32,000 nt of DNA from Candidatus Saccharimonadota bacterium (lineage in GTDB: Bacteria > Patescibacteriota > Microgenomatia > UBA1406 > GWC2-37-13). Within the stretch, counting starts at the first letter, position 1; every line of letters starts with the position of its first letter. Both the position numbers and the translations under genes were made by a program. The stretch is from assembly GCA_016699265.1 (NCBI GenBank), contig CP064967.1, forward strand, positions 330,001 through 362,000, written 5' to 3'. The notes beneath the pieces are model-generated. The model did not search any database. It had not been told where the DNA came from and saw nothing but the letters and a program-made list of their open reading frames with translations. Below are positions 26,145 to 32,000 of this stretch, one piece after another.

Positions 26145-28133
26145 TTTTTTGTAGATCTGCTAGAGCCTCTTTTTCCGTAAGATTCTTTTCTGTCGAAGAA
26201 AAGTAAAATCTTACATTATGTGTCTGCTTAAATGTATCTATCAGTTTGATATGAGTCAATAATTTTGAGGTTTTTTTTGCCATCTGAGAAAGTTTCTGAA
26301 AAGTTACCGCATCGGCCCTTATATTAAGATCCAGTTTAATTGTGGCATAAGGATTGATGGGTTGGTACTGGGAAATTGTTTTTGCATTTTGAATGAGCGA
26401 AATGAGATCGAAGCTTGCAAGATAGCAGGACGATTTTAGATTGTTTTTGTGTTGTAGTTGCGTTGAGAGTTTACCAACCGAGCCAAAGACAGAGTCGTTT
26501 ATGGCAAAATCAACAACTTCATTTTTAGAAAAAATATGAATCTTGGCATTTTGTAGTTCATAATCAGTAATGTGTAGTTCACTCAACAGTCCCTCAACAA
26601 TTCCCTTAAGATCTGCAAACGACGTGTTCGTTGCTATTGCGACTTTATAGATCTCCTTTGGTAGATCTTTATCCTGAGGATAGTAAACCTTTGCTATCTC
26701 AAAAAATCTTAATATATCTTTTTTACCTTGATTCTCACGAATATTTTGCACCAATGAAGGCAATAATGACGTTCTCATATACTGTAGCTCTTCAGAGATT
26801 GTGTTCGATATCTTAAGATGATGCTTAACGTCAAGATTCATATTCTCGATAAGCTCCTTTGAGATCATTGAGTAATTCATTGATTCATGAAGACCAATAT
26901 GTTTTAGAAAGTACTTAATCTTTCTTTGTATTTCGTACATTTGTTCGACTCCTTCCTGTGGATCTACATTGACCATCGGAGGAAGACTATTTGGCAAATT
27001 ATGATAGCCGTATATTCGCGCAACTTCCTCCACTATATCCTCCGGAATATCGATGTCGCGAAGTCTTGGGGTTGGTACGGTAATTACGTATTTGGTATTT
27101 CGTATATCGTATCTCGTATGGAAGCCCAGATTTTCAAGTATCCGTTTACATTCAGCAGGTTTAATTTTTATTCCAATACGCGATTCGATAAATTGATGGT
27201 TTACCTCAATTGTTTTTTTCTTTGAAGGAGTTGGATGGTAGTCCTCAATTGGGGATGCTTGCTTTGCTCCCGCATACTGCTTCAATAGATTGAGACAGTA
27301 GACCGTTGCAGACTCTGCTCTGTCATCGTCGATGTTCTTTTCGAAATAGGCAACGGCATTGCTTCTCTTTCCGGTAAGCATGGCCGTTCTTCGCACCATT
27401 GCACCATTAAATACAGGAATAAGGAGAATTATATTCTTTTTTTTTTTGGATTGATGAATTAAAGCCTCCCATAATACCTGGTTGATCTATAAGGTTTCCC
27501 TCACCATCTGCGATCACAATATCCTTACCTGGTAGAGTTACGGTTTCTTTGTCCAAGGTCATAATTTTTCACCCTTCGTACTCTCACGGACAATCATTGT
27601 GTGTTTTTAACCTCGTCATAGTCAAAATATGACAAGGTTGCCCAATCGCAATTCTCATGTAGTTAGAGATATCTACTACATTATTCAAGGACCGTTCATC
27701 ACACATTTCGAGTCGTTCTTTAATGAGCTTATCTGATGGTTGTATAGTTACGTTTGAAAGAGCTACGACGATAAGACGCTCTGCAAATTTTTGTCCTCTA
27801 CCTTTAGGATTAGTGGTAGCGCTTCACCACTAAATTTTTCCATCCACTTAAATCTAAGTTCTGTGAGAGGATTTTGTCTGAGCTTTGCTTTTTACCAAAC
27901 TGAGGAAGGATTGCCTGAGCCTCCTGAGCTATCCCAAATACCGAGGCCATATCGACTCGGTTTGAGGTAATCTCAATATCAAAGACGTAATCCGTAAGTC
28001 CACCTTTGGTGGAAACCTTCTCAATCCTTTCCACACCAGGCCCACAGAGGGAGAGATATTTCTGTATCTCGTAAGGATCTGCATCTGTGTCTAGATACTC
28101 AAGCAGCCAGTTGTAGGTAATCTTAATATTCAT
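26113..28133 (-). pseudogene. pheT: Phenylalanine-tRNA ligase beta subunit, interrupted by 6 frameshifts in its first 700 nt.
   Basis: The N-terminal fragment is 27810-28133 and the intact C-terminal 428 aa is 26113-27399. The B3_4 region in between is readable only by changing frame at 27889-27893, 27785-27792, 27624-27627, 27604-27608, 27565-27569 and the T11 run at 27437-27447. Confidence 0.85.
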
Positions 28134-28138
28134 AGTTG

Positions 28139-29165
28139 TTAGAACTGCTCCAGGAATCTAATGTCGCCTCCGTAAACAATTCTCAAATCATCAACCTTAA
28201 GTCCTTCTTTCATTGAGAAAACCCGTTCCACTCCCCAACCCCACGCAAATCCAGAATAAATAGTTGGGTCAATTCCTCCAGCTTTTAATACGTTTGGATG
28301 AATCATTCCAGCGCCACCAAGTTCAAGCCAGCCTGCCTTACAGTATTTGCAGCCCTTTCCCAGACAAACACCACAGGAAACATCGACCTCGAATGAAGGT
28401 TCTGTAAATCTGAAGTCATAAGGACGGATACGAGCTGAGCGCTTCGGTCCAAAAAAGTTTTTACAAAGTAGTCGAGCGTTCCTTTTAACTGCGTGATATT
28501 CATGTTTTTATCAATGCATACGCCGTCAAACTGATGAAACATCGGAGTATGCGTTACGTCCCAGTTGGGTCTATACGTTTTACCAATGTTTATCATTCGA
28601 ATTGGCGGTGTACTTTTCAGACGTTTCATCTCACGGTTCTGGGCATTAGTAGCATGTGGTGTAAGAAGCATACGCCCATACTTAGGATGAGGCGGCACAT
28701 CAATAAAAAAGTTTCAAAATCATCACGTGCAGGATGCCCTGCTGGCATATTGAGCGCCTCAAACGCAAAGTACTCCCAGTCTACCTCTGGATATGAAACA
28801 CGTATAAAACCAATCTTCTCGAAGATTTTGCTTATCTCCTCGATTGCATAGGTTGTTGTATGAAGACTTCCTTTGGGATACTTGTCGCCCGGAAGCGTAA
28901 CATCAATAGAAACCGATTCATCATCCTTAGCAAACAACTGTTGTCGCTTTTCCTGAAGTGCCACAACAATCTCATTTTCAATTTATTTACATCCATTCCG
29001 AACTGTTTTTTTCTTATCCGCTGAAACAGTTTTTATTTGTTGAAGAAGGTCATTTATCTTTCCGTTTCTTCCCAGATACTGAATTTCCAGTTCTTCAAGT
29101 AGTTTTACGGTAGTGCAGGATGTAAGGTCCTTTCCAAAAGAAGCACGGACAGAATCAATGTTCAT
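28139..29165 (-). pseudogene. pheS: Phenylalanine-tRNA ligase alpha subunit, interrupted by 4 frame lesions.
   Basis: The class II motifs are all present: HPARD, PIRMINIGKTYRPNWDVTHTPMFHQFDG, FRFTEPSFEVDV and GAGMIHPNVL. They are spread over different frames. The lesions are at 29006-29012, 28975-28978 (with an in-frame TAA at 28983-28985 between these two), 28705-28710 and 28451-28456. Confidence 0.85.
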
Positions 29166-29201
29166 GAAAGAATTATACTAGAAGCGGGAGTTAAGAAGAT
29201 G

Positions 29202-29543
29202 TTATTTGACTTCGCTTACGATCTTTTTGAAGACGTTAGGATACTCAGTCGCAATCTGCGAGAGAATCTTACGATCAAGTGAAATATTTTTTGCCTTGAG
29301 CTTGCTTACAAACTGACTGTATGAAAGACCTTCTGGTCTAACCGCTGCATTAATTCTTACGATCCATAAAGATCTAAAGTCTCGTCTTTTAATTCTTCGT
29401 CCAGCATACGCATACTGACCAGCATGAAGAACAGCCTCTGCGGCCTTTTTAAACTGGCTACTTCTACTTTGCCAATATCCTTTGGCAAGTTTAAGTACCT
29501 TGTTATGTCTTCGTTTTGTTCTTACACCTGATTTAACTCTCAT
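29202..29543 (-). CDS. rplT: 50S ribosomal protein L20.
   Basis: MRVKSGVRTKRRHNKVLKLAKGYWQSRS... is the L20 N-terminus. Confidence 0.95.
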   Translation of the reverse strand: MRVKSGVRTKRRHNKVLKLAKGYWQSRSSQFKKAAEAVLHAGQYAYAGRRIKRRDFRSLWIVRINAAVRPEGLSYSQFVSKLKAKNISLDRKILSQIATEYPNVFKKIVSEVK

Positions 29544-29544
29544 A

Positions 29545-29751
29545 TTATGCTAATCCCATCATTTGCTTAATTTTTCTTCCGAAGACTCCTTCGGTCTTCT
29601 TCATTAGTTTGAGACGTCGAATTCTCTTTTTCCCTTTGTTATATCGTTTGTGTCGAATATAGTGCGAGCGGTGCAAGACTTTACCGGTCTTCGTGACCTT
29701 AAAACGCTTTGCCGCTGCCTTTCTAGTCCGTACCTTTGTCTGTTTTTTCAT
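29545..29751 (-). CDS. rpmI: 50S ribosomal protein L35.
   Basis: KTRKAAAKRFKVTKTGKVLHRSHYIRH is the L35 pattern. It sits between infC and rplT. Confidence 0.93.
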   Translation of the reverse strand: MKKQTKVRTRKAAAKRFKVTKTGKVLHRSHYIRHKRYNKGKKRIRRLKLMKKTEGVFGRKIKQMMGLA

Positions 29752-29753
29752 AA

Positions 29754-30287
29754 TTATTTTTTTCTCGAAACTACTGCACGAATTACTCTACCTTCTACCT
29801 TTGGCTCTTTGGAAATGTTGACATCTCCAAGCGCCGCGATAAAGGTTTTTACCTTCGCAATTGCCATATCCTTCTTACCCATCTCTCTTCCTTTTAGTGC
29901 AAGATTGATTCGGATTTGATTGCCTTCTGCCAAAAATTCCTTTGCTTTTTCCTCAAAGCGAGTAATGTCGCCCTGCGCAATAAACAATGAAATTTTAATG
30001 TCCTTAACTATGCTCTTTTTTATTCCTTTTCGTGCTTCCTTCTGCTTTTTATCTTCTTGATACTGGAACTTCTTAAAATCTATTAGTTTTGCGACTGGTG
30101 GCTTTGCATTTGGTGCAATCAGAACCAAATCTACCTCTTGATCGATCGCAAGCCTCATTGCCTCCTCTTTTGAAAGCAGACCCACCTGTTTACTTTCGTG
30201 ATCTACAACCCGTAACGGTGATACGTTAATGTTGTGATTAATCGTATAGTGTTTCTTTTGGGGTCGAGGTGCTGGGTAATTTCTCAA
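29754..30287 (-). CDS. infC: Translation initiation factor IF-3.
   Basis: INHNINVSPLRVVDHESKQVGLLSKEEAMRLAIDQEVDLVLIAPNAKPPVAKLIDF is the IF3 N-domain. The first in-frame start is a TTG that overlaps the thrS stop (TTGA); no ATG is available. This fits the unusual start codons known for infC. Confidence 0.9.
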   Translation of the reverse strand: MRNYPAPRPQKKHYTINHNINVSPLRVVDHESKQVGLLSKEEAMRLAIDQEVDLVLIAPNAKPPVAKLIDFKKFQYQEDKKQKEARKGIKKSIVKDIKISLFIAQGDITRFEEKAKEFLAEGNQIRINLALKGREMGKKDMAIAKVKTFIAALGDVNISKEPKVEGRVIRAVVSRKK

Positions 30288-31495
30288 ATAGATTGTAAAT
30301 GAGTCTTAATAAATTCTTTAACCTTCATAAGACCCAGATCTTTGCCTTCTCTGCTTCGAACCGCAACACTTAGTTCCGATTCCTGCATTTCTTTATCCCC
30401 AATTATAATCATAAATGGGACTTTTTGCAACGTGGTCTCGCGTATTTTAGCGCCTAGTGGCTTATCGTCTCCATTAATCTCGACTCTCATATCGACCTTC
30501 AACAGTTCTTGAAAGACTTCCTGTGCCTTTTCATTGTGTTTCTCCGACACAGGAAGAACCGCAACCTGAACCGGAGCCAACCAGAAAGGGAAAAAACCTT
30601 GCGTGTGCTCAATATAGACTGATAAAAAGCGCTCGATTGATCCCAAAAGTGCTTTATGTATCATGATCGGAGTCTTTTCTGTCCCGTCGGGAGCAACATA
30701 GGAGATTTTAAATCTAGCTGGCTGTACGAAGTCTAGTTGCTCAGTTGCCACCTGCCACTCACGTCCTTGAGAATCAGTTGCCATAATATCGATCTTGGGT
30801 GCATAAAAAGCCGCTTCTCCCTCTGCTACAAAGTACTCAAGACCTGACTTTTTAGCCACTTTTTCCATAATTTCCTGGGACTGTTTCCACTGCTCATTGG
30901 TCCCTAAGTAATGAGATGTGTCTTTTGAGTCCCTAAATGAAAGTCGAAGTTTGAACTGAAGATCGAGCAGTCTGTACATCGTCTTTACCATCTCAACGAT
31001 TTTTTCAAGTTCCTCCTCTACCTGATCCATGGTACAAAAAACATGAGCATCATCCTGCGTGGCCGAACGAACTCTGTTGAGTCCTCCCAGTTCCCCACTT
31101 TTTTCATCTCTGTAGACAGTTGTTGTTTCGTAGTAGCGAATTGGGAGATCTCGGTAGCTTCTTGGGTTTGAGGCATAAATCTGGATATGATGAGGGCAGC
31201 TCATTGGTTTTAGAATGAACTTATCATCGGTCTCCTGACTTGTAACCAAAAACAATTCCTTCCCAAATTTATCCCAGTGTCCAGAGTTTTTATAGAGCTC
31301 TTCTTTTGCAATATGAGGGATCCAGACCTTTTTATACCCAGCTTCTCGCTGAAGTTTTTCAGAGAGTCCCGCAAGAAGATCTCGTAGAATGGTTCCTTTT
31401 GGAGTAAAAAGTGGAAGGCCTGAGCCAACGAGATCGGAAAAAGTAAATAAATCCATCTCTCGACCAATCTGTCTGTGATCTTTCATGTCTGCCAT
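30284..31495 (-). CDS. thrS: Threonine-tRNA ligase, catalytic plus anticodon-binding domains only.
   Basis: It starts with MADMKDHRQIGREMDLF, which corresponds to RDHRKIGKQLDLY at about residue 242 of E. coli ThrRS. Class II motifs and a C-terminal anticodon-binding domain are present. There is no TGS or editing domain. Confidence 0.9.
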   Translation of the reverse strand: MADMKDHRQIGREMDLFTFSDLVGSGLPLFTPKGTILRDLLAGLSEKLQREAGYKKVWIPHIAKEELYKNSGHWDKFGKELFLVTSQETDDKFILKPMSCPHHIQIYASNPRSYRDLPIRYYETTTVYRDEKSGELGGLNRVRSATQDDAHVFCTMDQVEEELEKIVEMVKTMYRLLDLQFKLRLSFRDSKDTSHYLGTNEQWKQSQEIMEKVAKKSGLEYFVAEGEAAFYAPKIDIMATDSQGREWQVATEQLDFVQPARFKISYVAPDGTEKTPIMIHKALLGSIERFLSVYIEHTQGFFPFWLAPVQVAVLPVSEKHNEKAQEVFQELLKVDMRVEINGDDKPLGAKIRETTLQKVPFMIIIGDKEMQESELSVAVRSREGKDLGLMKVKEFIKTHLQSI

Positions 31496-31503
31496 AAACT
31501 TTA

Positions 31504-32000
31504 TTATACAGAAGGTGAGTAAATACTGGCGCCGTCCTCAACCGCCTCCTTAAGATTTGAAATAATAAATGGAAGTCGGTGCGCAATCGGTGCGTTAGGA
31601 TCGTTGAGTATCCCAGAAAATACATTTTCAATTTCAAAATATTTTGTAAACTCAGCCCGTCTATGCGGAGGAACTCCAAAAAGTATCCCAAAAGCTTGCA
31701 TGACCGGAATTCTATACGGAGCTGACTTAACCGTAGAGATATTACCTGCTTCCCTAAGTAGCTGAGGATTGAAGTCTCCATCTTTTAGCGACTCTATAAT
31801 AGATACAACTATAGACTCTTCAAGTTGCTGTTCGCCCAGAAGTGCTACAAAAAGTCTTGAATATTTTTCCACCACTTTGTCACGTATTGCAGACTCCGTT
31901 AGCAAAGTAAGCAGCGCTGAAGAAAGCCGAGTTCTAGATATTAGTGGATTTCTTCGGCCAAGTCTATCCGTGCCCATAGCTAGGCGCACCTGATCGGCTA
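31504..32000 (-). CDS. Unidentified protein, C-terminal part only. The gene continues beyond the right window edge.
   Basis: The frame stays open to base 32000. The track start at 31989 is a GTG with no upstream stop. It has no ThrRS editing-domain motifs, and I recognise no family. Confidence 0.4.
   Translation of the reverse strand, partial: ADQVRLAMGTDRLGRRNPLISRTRLSSALLTLLTESAIRDKVVEKYSRLFVALLGEQQLEESIVVSIIESLKDGDFNPQLLREAGNISTVKSAPYRIPVMQAFGILFGVPPHRRAEFTKYFEIENVFSGILNDPNAPIAHRLPFIISNLKEAVEDGASIYSPSV

Noticed and set aside
27437-28133. Programmed -1 ribosomal frameshifting as a general explanation for the pheT lesions.
   Set aside because: Only the pilN site and the two T6 sites in pheS form in-phase X_XXY_YYZ heptamers. 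The five -1 sites in pheT do not, and two lesions need a shift in the opposite direction. Recoding therefore cannot rescue the genes as they stand.
4492-28851. The remaining short antisense ORFs in the track. Examples are 4492-4728, 5949-6170, 6172-6414, 8933-9133, 9088-9297, 10496-10696, 13519-13704, 14081-14272, 15226-15558, 15648-15839, 16244-16471, 16964-17149, 17153-17538, 18248-18469, 19338-19565, 23375-23820, 26631-27225, 28534-28851 and 29650-29919.
   Set aside because: Each is nested in or antisense to a longer gene with a clear family assignment. None has recognisable motifs.
31210-31993. ORFs 31210-31467, 31359-31781 (minus strand) and 31769-31993 (plus strand).
   Set aside because: These are alternative-frame or antisense ORFs overlapping thrS and the upstream long ORF. 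Their composition is low-complexity and there is no independent support.

Overview
This is an AT-rich, gene-dense window with no transposase, integrase, CRISPR array or recognisable defence genes. It looks like a small-genome monoderm bacterium of the CPR/Patescibacteria type. That placement is inference from a divergent 16S, minimal holB and thrS genes, and a secretin-less type IV pilus (T4P) gene set.

Gene content, left to right:
- An MgtE-like CBS protein translationally coupled to a non-canonical NRAMP transporter.
- A stand-alone 16S rRNA gene (minus strand, about 2606-4109) with no tRNA or 23S after it, preceded by mreB.
- A Wzy_C/O-antigen-ligase-like membrane protein abutting three type IV pilin genes.
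- rpmF (missed by the ORF track), then nusB, rnc and rpsP.
- A minus-strand T4P operon: four prepilin-like genes, then pilM, pilN and pilO.
- A minimal holB, then pilB, pilT and pilC.
- recG and a class A PBP.
- The classical thrS-infC-rpmI-rplT-pheS-pheT operon.

Observations that need a second look:
1. pheS and the 5' third of pheT need 10 reading-frame corrections within 1.6 kb, all at A/T homopolymers. The rest of the window has only one such lesion, in pilN at an in-phase A_AAA_AAA site.
2. Heptanucleotide tandem repeats sit between the pilus genes and also encode the leader peptides of the pseudopilins.
3. TATAAT-like boxes lie 5-6 nt upstream of many ATGs, which suggests leaderless mRNAs.
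4. The Wzy_C gene may be a pilin O-glycosyltransferase.
5. The MgtE-CBS plus NRAMP-without-Met pair may be a Mg2+ uptake module.

Everything here comes from reading the sequence by eye. No database search was run.
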